This document shows, piece after piece, positions 15,402-25,094 of a DNA stretch of 32,000 nucleotides. Position 1 is the first letter of the stretch; each line of letters opens with the position of its first letter. The notes below the pieces were generated by a model. The model was not told the DNA's origin. It saw nothing but the letters and a program-made list of their open reading frames with translations, and searched no databases. Source of the stretch: Candidatus Saccharimonadota bacterium (GTDB lineage: Bacteria > Pseudomonadota > Gammaproteobacteria > Enterobacterales > Enterobacteriaceae); NCBI GenBank assembly GCA_002688505.1, contig CP024013.1, forward strand, positions 210,001 to 242,000. The letters are read 5' to 3'. The translations under genes and the position numbers were made by a program.

Positions 15402-16633
15402 CTATTTAATTTTTTTAATTATTTTTTTTAAGTAAAAAATAAATGTATTTATATCTTTTTTAGAATTATATAAAGCTATTGATATTCTACATACACCTGG
15501 TAAATTATAAAATTTAATTATTGGTATTGCACATTGATTACCTGTTCTTATACATATTCCATATTGATTTAATAAAAATCCTATATCATAACAATTACAA
15601 TTTTTTATATTAAATGATATTATTCCTATTCTTGGTTTTGTTCCGTATATTATAATTTCAGGTAATAGTTTTAATTTATTTATTAAGTATTTTGTTAATT
15701 TTTTTTCATATTTAATAATATTATTTATTTTTATATATTTAATATATTTAATAGCATATTTTAAACTAATTATTGATTCTACATTATATGTACCTGATTC
15801 AAATTTTCATGGTGAATTTATAAAATTTATATTTTTTATTATATTATTTTTAATATTTATATTTGATATTATTCCTCCTCCAAATTGTCATGGATTTAAT
15901 AATTCTAAAAGTTTTTTTTTTCCATATAATATTCCTATTCCATTCAGTGAATACATTTTATGTCCTGAAAAAACATAAAAATCACAATTTAAATTTTTAA
16001 CGTTTATTTTAATATGTGATATAGACTGAGATCCATCAATTATTGTTAATATTTTTTTTTTTTTGCTATTTTAATAATTTTTTTTATAGGATTTATTATA
16101 CCTAATATATTTGATACATGTGTTATAGATAATATTTTAGTATTATTATCTATTAATTTTTTAAAATGTTTTATATCTAATTTACCATTTTTTTTAATTT
16201 TTATTATTCTTAATTCTAAATTTAATTTTTTTGATATATAATATCATGGTACTATATTAGAATGATGTTCCATTAAAGATATAATAATATTATCTTTTGG
16301 TTTAGTAAATTTTTTTGTAATTATATTAGATAATAAATTTATTCCTTCAGTAGTATTTTTTATAAAAATAATTTCTTCTGGTGAGTTAGAATGTATAAAT
16401 TTACTAATTTTTATTCTTATTTCTTCTATAGAATTTGTATTTATATTACTTAAAGTATAAATTCCTCTATTTATTGATGAATATTTAGTTTTTATAAATT
16501 TATTTACTGATTCAATAACTAATTTAGGTTTTTGTACGGTAGTAGCATTATCTAAATATATTATTTTTTTATTATTTATTCTTTGTTTTAGTATAGGAAA
16601 ATCTTTTTTTATTTTTTTAATATTTAAATTCAT
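15402..16633 (-). CDS. sufS: Cysteine desulfurase SufS, interrupted by a single frame change inside an A13 tract (span 1232 nt, which is 3n+2)
   Basis: The N-terminal frame (ATG 16631-16633, through TGA 16244-16246) reads ...MEHHSNIVPW...ILSITHVSNILGIINPIKKIIKIAKKKKY and stops at TAA 16046-16048. The C-terminal part is in the adjacent frame and is open from 16070 down to TAG 15402-15404. It reads KKKKILTIIDGSQSISHIKINVKNLNCDFYVFSGHKMYSLNGIGILYGKK...FESGT...CIRTGNQCAIP...CRISIALYNSKKDI. The PLP-lysine motif SGHK and the catalytic-Cys motif RTGxxCA are intact. Both frames were checked codon by codon. Confidence 0.9.
16052..16064 (-). repeat. A13 homopolymer on the coding strand (T13 on +), site of the sufS frame change
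   Basis: Counted directly from the + strand: a, then 9 t, then 4 t, then gct, between 16051 and 16067. The two sufS reading frames overlap only across 16046-16073. Confidence 0.9.
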
Positions 16634-17658
16634 TTTAGTAATTCTTTTATAATAATATTGTTAATTAATTTATTTAAATTTTTTATTTTTATATATTTTA
16701 ATATGTTTTTAATAAAAGAAAATGATATTATTTTTTTTATATTATTAAAATTAATTCCTTTATTAAGTAAATAAAATATAATATTTTTATTTATATTTGT
16801 CATTGTTATTTTATGTTTACATTTATTATATTTATTAAATATTTTTATTTTTGGGTTATTTATAATATTAAATTTTTTAATTGTATATAAATTTTTATGT
16901 ATTATATATGAAATAGAGTTTTTAGCTTTTTTATTAATTTTTATTAACGAATTTATTAATATATTGCTTTTTTTATTTATTAAACAATTATGTTTATAAA
17001 TACTTTTTGATATTTTAAATTTATGTATAATTTTATTATAAAAAATAAATTTATTTTTATTGTTTGGTATTGAAATAGTATTAATATTTAAATTAGATTT
17101 TTTATTTAAATAAAATTTAGATTTAAATTTTATTTTTTTTATATTTAAGTTTATATTAATTATTTTTAATGATGATTTTTTATTTAAATTTATATAATAA
17201 TCTATATTATATACAGAAGATTTTTTGTTTATTAATAAATATATATAATATATATATGATAATTTTTTTATATTTATATAATATTTATATTTTATATTAT
17301 TATTTTTTTTAATTAAAATATGTTGTTCAATAAAATAAATTTTTGTATTTTTTTTTATATTTATATATATTATATTTTTTATTTTTTTATTTAAATTATT
17401 TATTAATATAAAATATATAATTTTTTTTATATTTTGATTTTTAAATATATTAAATATAAATGAAATTATATTATATTTTTTTATTTTTTTTATATTTAAT
17501 ATTTTAATTAAATTTTTATATGTATAGTAAATATTTTCATTTATAATTAATATTTTAATTGATTTTAATTTATATATTTTTTTTATAATATATTTTTTTG
17601 TTTTTTTATTAAATTTATTAATATTTAATATATTTTTTATGTTATTTGTATATATCAT
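16624..17658 (-). CDS. sufD: Fe-S cluster assembly protein SufD, 344 aa
   Basis: This is track ORF 16630-17658 extended through TGA 16630-16632 to TAA 16624-16626. The sequence is very degenerate. The C-terminal block CKHKITMTNINKNIIFYLLNKGINFNNIKKIISFSFIKNIL matches the SufB/SufD C-terminal signature (H-x-ATVGxLD-x-LFYLxSRGI...A..L...F, recalled). Its position between sufC and sufS supports the call. Confidence 0.75.
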
Positions 17659-17670
17659 ATTAAATAATAT

Positions 17671-18363
17671 TTATTTTATTGTTTTAATTTTACCTTTTTT
17701 TATTAAATATATATAATTAGGTTTAATATTTTTAATAAAATTATTATTATGAGTAATAATTAAAAAAGATTTTTTTTTTTTTTTTAAATATTTAATTATA
17801 GAAATAGTTTTTTTTATTGTTTTTTTATCTAATCCTGAATCTATTTCATCTAAAATTATTAATTTAGGTTTAAATAATAATATTTGTAATATTTCATTTT
17901 TTTTTTTTTCTCCTCCTGAAAATCCTTTGTTAAAGGATCTATTTAATAATTTTTTTGGAAAATTTATTTCTTTTATTTTTTTATTTAAAAATTTTTTAAA
18001 TTCTATTATATTTAATATTTTTTTATTTCTGTATTTTCTTATATAATTAAAAGTTTTATATAAAAAATATTGGGTTTTTAATCCTGGAATTTCTATATTT
18101 TCTTGAAATGAAATAAATAATCCTTTTCTTGCTCTTTCATCAATAGATAAATTTTTAAGATTTATATTATTAAATAAGATTTTACCTTCTAAAATATTAT
18201 ATTTTTTATTTCCAGCTATTGTTGATACTAAAGAACTTTTTCCTGATCCATTATTACCTTTTAGAATATGTATTTCGCCTTTTTTTATATTTAAATTAAT
18301 ATTATTAATTATTATTTTATTTTTTATTTTTATTTTTAGATTTTTAATTTTTAATAAATTCAT
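17671..18363 (-). CDS. sufC: Fe-S cluster assembly ATPase SufC, 230 aa
   Basis: Complete track ORF. Walker A GNNGSGKSS, ABC signature FSGGEKKKNEILQ and Walker B LIILDEIDSGLD are present. LFISFQENIEIPG matches E. coli SufC (IFMAFQYPVEIPG, recalled). The stop is TAA. Confidence 0.93.
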   Translation of the reverse strand: MNLLKIKNLKIKIKNKIIINNINLNIKKGEIHILKGNNGSGKSSLVSTIAGNKKYNILEGKILFNNINLKNLSIDERARKGLFISFQENIEIPGLKTQYFLYKTFNYIRKYRNKKILNIIEFKKFLNKKIKEINFPKKLLNRSFNKGFSGGEKKKNEILQILLFKPKLIILDEIDSGLDKKTIKKTISIIKYLKKKKKSFLIITHNNNFIKNIKPNYIYLIKKGKIKTIK

Positions 18364-18387
18364 ATAGATATATATTTTAAAAATAAA

Positions 18388-19761
18388 TTATAAATCAATA
18401 AATAGTATTTCTTTAGCTTCTAAATAAAATTCTAATGGTAACATATTTAATATATTTTTACAAAATCCATTAATTATCATAGATATAGCATTATTTTTTT
18501 TAATTCCTCTTTGTAGTAAAAAATAAAGTTGTGATTTTTTTATATAATTTGAACTTGCTTCATGTTCAATAATTGAATTACCATTTTTAACTTTTATTTT
18601 TGGAAAGGTATAAAATTTACATTTATTAGATAATAGTAATGAGTCACATTTAGTAAAGTTTACTGATTTATTAGAATTTTTTTTAATTATAATTAAATTT
18701 CTATTAGTATTTTTACTATAATTTGATAAAATATTTTTTGAAATTATTAATGATTTAGTTTTATTTCCTATATGTATAACTTTATTACCTGTATCGGATT
18801 GTTGTTTATTTTTTGTTATAGATATTGAATAATAATTACTTATACTTTTATTACCAAGTAATATAGTACTTGGATATTTTCAATTTATAGCTGATCCTTT
18901 TTCTAATTGTATTCAATTTATTTTACTTTTATATCCTAAACATAATGCTCTTTTAGTAACAAAATTTAATACACCTTTATTATTTTTTTTGTTTACATAT
19001 CAATTTTGTATAGTACAGTATTTTATAAATGATTTTTTTTTTAATATAATTTCTACAACTGCAGAATGTAATTGTTTTTTTTTTTTTATTATTGCAGTAC
19101 ATCCTTCAATATAATTTAAATATGTTTTATTTTCTAATATTATTAAGGTTCTTTCAAATTGTCCTAAATTAGGTGTATTAATTCTAAAATATGATGATAA
19201 GTCTATTGGACATTTTACATTTTTTGGTATATATATAAAAGTTCCATCTGAAAAGACACATGTATTTAATATAGAAAAGAAATTATCATCAATAGGTACT
19301 ACTCTAAACATATATTTTTTAACTAATGAAGGATATTTTTTTAAAGCTTTGTTAAAAGAACAAAATATAATTCCTAATTTTAATAATTTATTTTCATATG
19401 AAGTATTAATTGATACGCTATTAAGTATAGTGTCTATACCTATATTTTTTTTTAATATATTTAAATTTTTTAATATATTTTTTTTTTGTTTATTATTTAA
19501 TTTTATATGTGAATAATATTTATATTTTTGATAATTTATTTTTTTATATTTTCCATTAAATCATCTAGGTTCTTTTGTTTTATTTCATATTTTATATGCT
19601 TTTAATCTTATTTTAAGCATTCAATTAGGTTCATTTCTTATTTTAGATATTTGTTTTATTATTTTTTTATTTATACCTTTTTTTAATTCTTTATATGTAT
19701 AATTTTTTTTATTTAATTTTTTATTTATATTTAATTTTATTTTACTATTTTTAATAAACAT
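18388..19761 (-). CDS. sufB: Fe-S cluster assembly scaffold SufB, 457 aa
   Basis: The track shows only 19000-19311. I checked 18388-19776 codon by codon: a single frame with 8 in-frame TGA, ATG at 19759-19761 and TAA at 18388-18390. The C-terminus ...HEASSNYIKKSQLYFLLQRGIKKNNAISMIINGFCKNILNMLPLEFYLEAKEILFIDL has the typical SufB ending (LPMEFAVEA..L, recalled). Confidence 0.9.
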
Positions 19762-19773
19762 TCTAATATTTAT

Positions 19774-20772
19774 TTAATTTGTAATTAAATCTTTACAAAT
19801 TTTATTTAAAGAAATTTTATTTATATTATTTAATGTAGTTTTAGATATATTTATTAATGCTTCTTTAGTTAAGAATGCTTGATGTCCTGTTATTAATACA
19901 TTATAATATGACATTAATATATTAAAAATATTATCTTTAATAATTTTATTTGTATTATTTTTAAAGAAAATATTTTTTTCATTTTCATATACATCTATAG
20001 CTATTCCTTTGATTTTCTTATTTTTAATAGCTTTTATTAAAGATTTTGAATCAATTAATTCACCTCTACTTGTATTAATTATTAATACATTTTTTTTCAT
20101 TTTTTTAATATTATCATAATTAATCATATGATGATTATTTTTATTATATGGACAATGTAAAGTTATTATATCAGAATATTTGTATATTTTATTTAAAGAT
20201 GTATATTTAGCACCATATTTTTCTATTATAGGATATTTAATTATATCAAAAGCTATAATTTTCATTTTAAAACCTTTTAATATTTTAATTAGTTCTTGTC
20301 CTATTTTACCTGTTCCAATAATTCCTATAGTTTTTTTATACATATTAAATCCTATTAAATTATTTAATTTAAAATTTTGATTTTTAGAATTTTGATATGC
20401 TATGTGTATTTTTCTATTTAAATTTAATATCAAACTTAATGTATATTCAGCTATAGATCTAGGTGAATAAGATTTTACATTTATAACTTTTATTTTATTT
20501 TTATTTGCTAATTTAATATTTACGTTATTAAATCCTGTACATCTTAAAGCTATTATTTTAATATTATATTTTTTTAATTTATAAATTATTTCTTTATTTT
20601 TAGCATTATCGTTTACAAATATACATATATAATTATATCCTTTAGATAATTTAACAGTTTTTTTATTTAATTGTTTTTTTGTATATTTTATATAAAAATT
20701 AAATTTTTTATTAATTTTATTAAAATATTTTATTTCGTATTTTTGAGTACTATAAAATAAAATTTTATTCAT
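19774..20772 (-). CDS. ldhA: D-lactate dehydrogenase / D-isomer 2-hydroxyacid dehydrogenase (LdhA-like), 332 aa
   Basis: Complete track ORF with no TGA. It is collinear end to end with E. coli LdhA as I recall it: YSTQKYEIKYF, ICIFVNDN, IALRCTGFNNV, NRKIHIAYQ, GIIGTGKIG (NAD fold), ITLHCP, IINTSRGELID (Arg), AIDVYENE (Glu), LITGHQAFLTKEAL (His). Confidence 0.88.
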   Translation of the reverse strand: MNKILFYSTQKYEIKYFNKINKKFNFYIKYTKKQLNKKTVKLSKGYNYICIFVNDNAKNKEIIYKLKKYNIKIIALRCTGFNNVNIKLANKNKIKVINVKSYSPRSIAEYTLSLILNLNRKIHIAYQNSKNQNFKLNNLIGFNMYKKTIGIIGTGKIGQELIKILKGFKMKIIAFDIIKYPIIEKYGAKYTSLNKIYKYSDIITLHCPYNKNNHHMINYDNIKKMKKNVLIINTSRGELIDSKSLIKAIKNKKIKGIAIDVYENEKNIFFKNNTNKIIKDNIFNILMSYYNVLITGHQAFLTKEALINISKTTLNNINKISLNKICKDLITN

Positions 20773-20983
20773 TATTATATATAAATATTTATTTATATGT
20801 TAGTTATTATTATATATATTATATATTATTTTAAATTTTATTATTAATTTAATTTATTTTTATGATATATTATTTATTATAATTTTATTTTATTATTTTT
20901 AGTTATTTTAAAAAAATATTTTAAATTATATTTTAACTTATTAAAATTTTTGTTAGTATATTAAAATAATTTTATTTATTAAT

Positions 20984-21412
20984 ATGTTTATATTATGTTT
21001 TGATTTTGGAATTAATAATATTGGTATAGCAATAGGTCAATTTTATACTAGAACTGCTAGTCCTATAGTTAGTTTAAAAGCTTGTAATGGTATACCAGTT
21101 AATTGAAAATTTATTAAAGATCTTATTAAAGATTGATCAATAAAGAAGATTGTTATTGGATATCCTAAAATGTCATATTATAAAAATTTTAATAATAATC
21201 TATTTATAAAATATATTAATAAGTTTGTTATTATATTAAAAAAGAAATTTAAATTAAAGGTTTTTTTTTCTGATGAAAATTATACTTCTTATGCGGCTCG
21301 TAATTTTATAAAAACAAAAAATATGTTTTATAATTTATTCTATTCAAATAAAAGTATACATTCAATTTCTGCAGTTTATATATTAGAATCATGATTAAAA
21401 ATAAATAAATAA
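20984..21412 (+). CDS. ruvX: Putative pre-16S rRNA nuclease / Holliday-junction-resolvase-like protein YqgF (RuvX), 142 aa
   Basis: The ATG at 20984 is in frame with track ORF 21170-21394. In-frame TGA occur at 21104, 21134 and 21392, and the real stop is TAA 21410-21412. MFILCFDFGINNIGIAIGQ...IPVNWKFIKDLIKDW..KIVIGYP...DENYTSYAA...SISAVYILESW parallels E. coli YqgF (LAFDFGTKSIGVAVGQ...DERLSTVEA...SASAVIILESYF, recalled). Confidence 0.85.
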
Positions 21413-21418
21413 AATTAA

Positions 21419-22366
21419 TTATTTTTTGTTTTTTAGTCTTAAATGAAATATTAAGTTTAATATATCATTAGGTATTTTAGAATCTATTTTAATTAAATTA
21501 TTATTTATTGGATGTTTAAATTTTATTCTTGAAGCATGTAATGCTTGTCTATCTAATTTTTTTATTAAAATATTTATATTTTTTGAAATTTTATATTTTT
21601 TTATATTTTTATTTGTGTATATTTTTTCACCTACTATTGGATGATTAATATAATTCATATGTACTCTTATTTGATGTGTTCTACCAGTAATTAATTTTAT
21701 TTTTAGTAGTGTACAAAAACTAAATGTTTCTATTACATTATAATAAGTTATAGCTTTTTTTCCTTTTTTATTGATACACATTCTTGTTCTATTATATTTA
21801 TTTCTACTTATAGATTTTTTTATAATTCCATTATTATTTATTATTCCATATACTATAGTTTTATATATTCTTATTATTTTTTTTTTTTTTATATAATTTT
21901 TTAATTTTAAATAACTTAATATATTTTTAGCTACAAGTATAATACCTGTAGTATCTTTATCTAATCTATGTATTATTCCATATCTTGGTAAAATTTTATT
22001 AGATTTATAGTAAAACATTAATGAATTCATAATAGTATTATTTTTATTACCATAGCCTGGATGAATTACAGTGTTTTTATTTTTATTTATAATTAATAAA
22101 TATTTGTCTTCATATATTTTTTTAAATAATATTTTATTTAATGCTATATATTTATTTTTAATTATTTTTATAAATATTTTAATTAAATCATTTTTATTGA
22201 TTTTTTTACTAGGTTTTGTAATTATTTTATTGTTTACATAAACATTTTTATTTTTAATTAAATTAATAATTTTATTTCTAGAATATTTTTTAATTAAATA
22301 TTTTATATTAATATCTAATCTTTTATTTTTTAAAGTATTTTTTATTTTAATATAAATATATTTCAT
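21419..22366 (-). CDS. rluD: 23S rRNA pseudouridine synthase RluD-like, 315 aa
   Basis: Complete track ORF ending in TAA. It has an N-terminal S4-like region with KRLD. Motifs HRLDKDTTGIILVAKN and TGRTHQIRVHM are present. Confidence 0.85.
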   Translation of the reverse strand: MKYIYIKIKNTLKNKRLDINIKYLIKKYSRNKIINLIKNKNVYVNNKIITKPSKKINKNDLIKIFIKIIKNKYIALNKILFKKIYEDKYLLIINKNKNTVIHPGYGNKNNTIMNSLMFYYKSNKILPRYGIIHRLDKDTTGIILVAKNILSYLKLKNYIKKKKIIRIYKTIVYGIINNNGIIKKSISRNKYNRTRMCINKKGKKAITYYNVIETFSFCTLLKIKLITGRTHQIRVHMNYINHPIVGEKIYTNKNIKKYKISKNINILIKKLDRQALHASRIKFKHPINNNLIKIDSKIPNDILNLIFHLRLKNKK

Positions 22367-22405
22367 AAATTATTTTTTTTTTAATTATTAATAATAATTT
22401 ATTTA

Positions 22406-23803
22406 TTATTTACCTATACAAAAATTTTTAAATATATTATTTATAATTTTGTTTGAAATAGATTTTTTAATACCTAATATAGAATTTAATAATTTTTGAG
22501 AAATTAATAATTTTTGTGATATTATATCTAGATTTATATATTTAATATTATGTTTTGTAATATTTTTCATTAATTTTATAATACTTTTTATATTTTTTAT
22601 ATTTTTATTAAGTAAATAATTGTGTCTTTCATTACAATAAAATTTATTTTCTGTATTATTTATATATTTTATTTTATTTTTTATTATTTTTTTAATTTTA
22701 TTTATACCTATATTTTTTTTTATAGATGTATTTATTATATTAATATTATTTATTTTAAATTTTCTAGTTTTTTTTTTTGTTAGATCTATTTTATTTCTTA
22801 TTAAAATTATTTTCTGATTTTTATTTATATATTTAATTATTTTATTATATTCATTTAATATTTTATTTTTAGATGTTAATTTTGCATCTAACATAAATAT
22901 TATTATTGTTGAATTTTTTATTTCTTGTATAGTTTTTTTTATTCCTATTTTTTCTATTATATTATTTGTTTTTCTTATTCCTGTTGTATCTGTAATTTCT
23001 ATATTTATATTTTTAATAGTTATATAATCTTTTATTATATCTCTTGTAGTTCCTGGTATATTAGTTATTATTGAATTATTTTTATTTGTTAATTTATTCA
23101 TTAAACTTGATTTTCCTACATTAGGTTTGCCTATAATTGTTATTTTAATACCTTCATTATTTATAATATTAAATTTACTTTTTTTATATATTTTATTTAT
23201 ATTTTTATATATTTTTTTAATATTTTTTTTAATATATTTAAAATTTTTATAAGATAATTCATTTTCAGAAAAATTTATTTCTTTTGTTATTATAGTATTT
23301 ATATAATTTATTGATTTTATATTTATGTTTATTTTTTTTGAAAATTTACCTTTTAATGATATTAATGATAAATTTATTTGATTTGATGAGTTTGAATTTA
23401 TAATATTATTAATAGATTCTGCTTGTATTAAATCTAATTTTTGATTTAAAAAAGCTCTTTTAGTAAATTCTCCTGGTTTAGCTAATCTTATATTTTTAAT
23501 TTTTAAATTTAAAATTTCTTTTATAATTTTTTCTATTATTTTTTGTCCTCCGTGACATTGAAGTTCTAATACATCTTCACCTGTAAAAGATTTAGGAGAT
23601 TTATAATATATAGCTATACCATAATCCATTAATTTTTTTTTTTTATTTAAGAATTTACAAAATTTTGCATATCTAATTTTAGGTATTTTACCAATTATAA
23701 TTTTAGCAATTTTATTTGATTTTCTACCTGATATTCTTATTATACCTATACCTCCATTACCAACAGGAGTTGTTTGTGATATTATAGTTTTTAAAAATTT
23801 CAT
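22406..23803 (-). CDS. mnmE: tRNA modification GTPase MnmE (TrmE), 465 aa
   Basis: Complete track ORF. N-terminus IISQTTPVGNGGIGIIRISG, G1 motif GKPNVGKSSLMN, DTTGIR, and the diagnostic C-terminal FCIGK are present. It is adjacent to yidC-rnpA-rpmH as in most bacteria. Confidence 0.92.
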   Translation of the reverse strand: MKFLKTIISQTTPVGNGGIGIIRISGRKSNKIAKIIIGKIPKIRYAKFCKFLNKKKKLMDYGIAIYYKSPKSFTGEDVLELQCHGGQKIIEKIIKEILNLKIKNIRLAKPGEFTKRAFLNQKLDLIQAESINNIINSNSSNQINLSLISLKGKFSKKININIKSINYINTIITKEINFSENELSYKNFKYIKKNIKKIYKNINKIYKKSKFNIINNEGIKITIIGKPNVGKSSLMNKLTNKNNSIITNIPGTTRDIIKDYITIKNINIEITDTTGIRKTNNIIEKIGIKKTIQEIKNSTIIIFMLDAKLTSKNKILNEYNKIIKYINKNQKIILIRNKIDLTKKKTRKFKINNINIINTSIKKNIGINKIKKIIKNKIKYINNTENKFYCNERHNYLLNKNIKNIKSIIKLMKNITKHNIKYINLDIISQKLLISQKLLNSILGIKKSISNKIINNIFKNFCIGK

Positions 23804-23838
23804 AAAATTATTATATTTTATATTAAATATTTATTATT

Positions 23839-24624
23839 TTATAATATTATATTTAAAATATTATTTGTTATATTATAAATCAATATACTACAAGGTATTT
23901 TAAATAATATATATATAAAAATCATAGATATTACTATTTTTAGTATATAGTAATTATTTTTATAATTTATTAAAATTTTTTTATAATATAAATATATTGA
24001 TATTCCTAATAATATTTGTAAAATATAATATTTATCATAATTAGATAGATTATTAATTCATAAAAATATTAAGTTATTATTATATTTAATATTATTTAAT
24101 ATTTTATATATTAATATAAATGTAAATATATTAATTAAGTTATATAATATATTATATATAAAGTATATTTTATTTTTTAAATATATTTTTTTTATATTTA
24201 TAATATTTTTGTTATTAGTATTTAATTTTTTTTTGTTTATAGAATATATATTTTTTATTTTATTTATTAAATATAAAAATAATTTTATAATAATTGATAT
24301 AACTACAATAGTTATTATTCAATCTTTGTAAATATAATTAATATAATATATTATATTAATTATTATATTTATAAGAAAAAAATTTTTTTTAGTAAAAAAT
24401 ATATTATTATTTTTTATTATTTTATTTAATTTATTTATAATATCTAGTTTTGTTTTTTTTTTTATATAAATTATTTTTTTATTATTTATATTTTTATTTA
24501 TTATTTTATTATTAATAATAATATTTTTATTTTTTAAATTTAAATATGTATTATTAAAATATTTTATTATAAATATAAAAAGAAAAGTTATTAATAGTGA
24601 GTAAAGAAATTTTTTATAATACAT
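23839..24624 (-). CDS. yidC: Membrane protein insertase YidC, minimal form of 261 aa lacking the large periplasmic P1 domain
   Basis: This is track ORF 24319-24624 extended codon by codon through TGA 24319-24321 and 24058-24060 to TAA 23839-23841. IFLWINNLSNYDKYYILQILLGISIYLYYK parallels E. coli YidC [62 protein letters not shown] parallels [35 protein letters not shown] (both recalled). Its position between rnpA and mnmE supports the call. Confidence 0.75.
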
Positions 24625-24633
24625 TTATTTGTT

Positions 24634-24990
24634 TTAATTTAAAATTTTTATTTTTCATATTTTATTTATATATTTATTAAATATTTTTTTATTTATTTTA
24701 GTAATACTATTATTTATTTGAAATATAAAATCTATTTTTTTAATTTTAAATTGATTTATTCTAAAATTTTCATATATTTTTCTTTTAATTTTATTTCTTA
24801 ATGTTGATAATTTTATTTGTTTTTTTTTAATTATTATTTTAATTCTTGGATATTTTAAGTTATTTAATTCATAATATATTATAAAAGGTTTAAATATTTT
24901 TATATTTTTTAATTTATTTTTGTTTTTAATTTTCATTTTTTTTTTGAAAAATAATCTTTTTAAGATGATAATTTTTTTCTTTTTTTTCAT
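24634..24990 (-). CDS. rnpA: RNase P protein component RnpA, 118 aa from the first ATG
   Basis: This is track ORF 24655-24990 extended through TGA 24655-24657 to TAA 24634-24636. [33 protein letters not shown] matches the RnpA RNR motif region (HPRIGLTVAKK...ERNRIKRLTRESFRL, recalled). The start is uncertain: ATG 24990 overlaps rpmH by 31 nt, and the alternative in-frame ATG at 24936 avoids the overlap. Confidence 0.78.
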
Positions 24991-25094
24991 CTTCTATTTG
25001 ATAATATTTTTCTTCCACTTTTTTTAGACATTCTTTTTAAGAATCCATATTTTCTTTTTCTTTTTATTTTTGATGGTTGGTATGTTCTTTTCAT
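24960..25094 (-). CDS. rpmH: 50S ribosomal protein L34, 44 aa
   Basis: Not in the track because it is short. [44 protein letters not shown] matches E. coli L34 ([39 protein letters not shown], recalled). There is one in-frame TGA. The stop is TAA 24960-24962. Confidence 0.92.

Noticed and set aside
20180-20380. 66-aa + strand ORF in the track.
   Set aside because: It is antisense to the strongly conserved ldhA NAD-binding region, so it is spurious.
20773-20983. The largest noncoding stretch (211 bp, ldhA/ruvX divergent spacer) as a possible small gene, sRNA, repeat or origin.
   Set aside because: I saw no ORF with a start and reasonable length, no stem-loop with G/C support, and no repeated unit beyond AT low complexity. 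It most simply holds two divergent promoters.
24936-24990. Whether the rnpA N-terminal 18 codons, which overlap rpmH by 31 nt, are real.
   Set aside because: Not resolved. I kept the longer call because it places the conserved YPRIK block at about the same distance from the N-terminus as in E. coli. The start at ATG 24936 remains possible.
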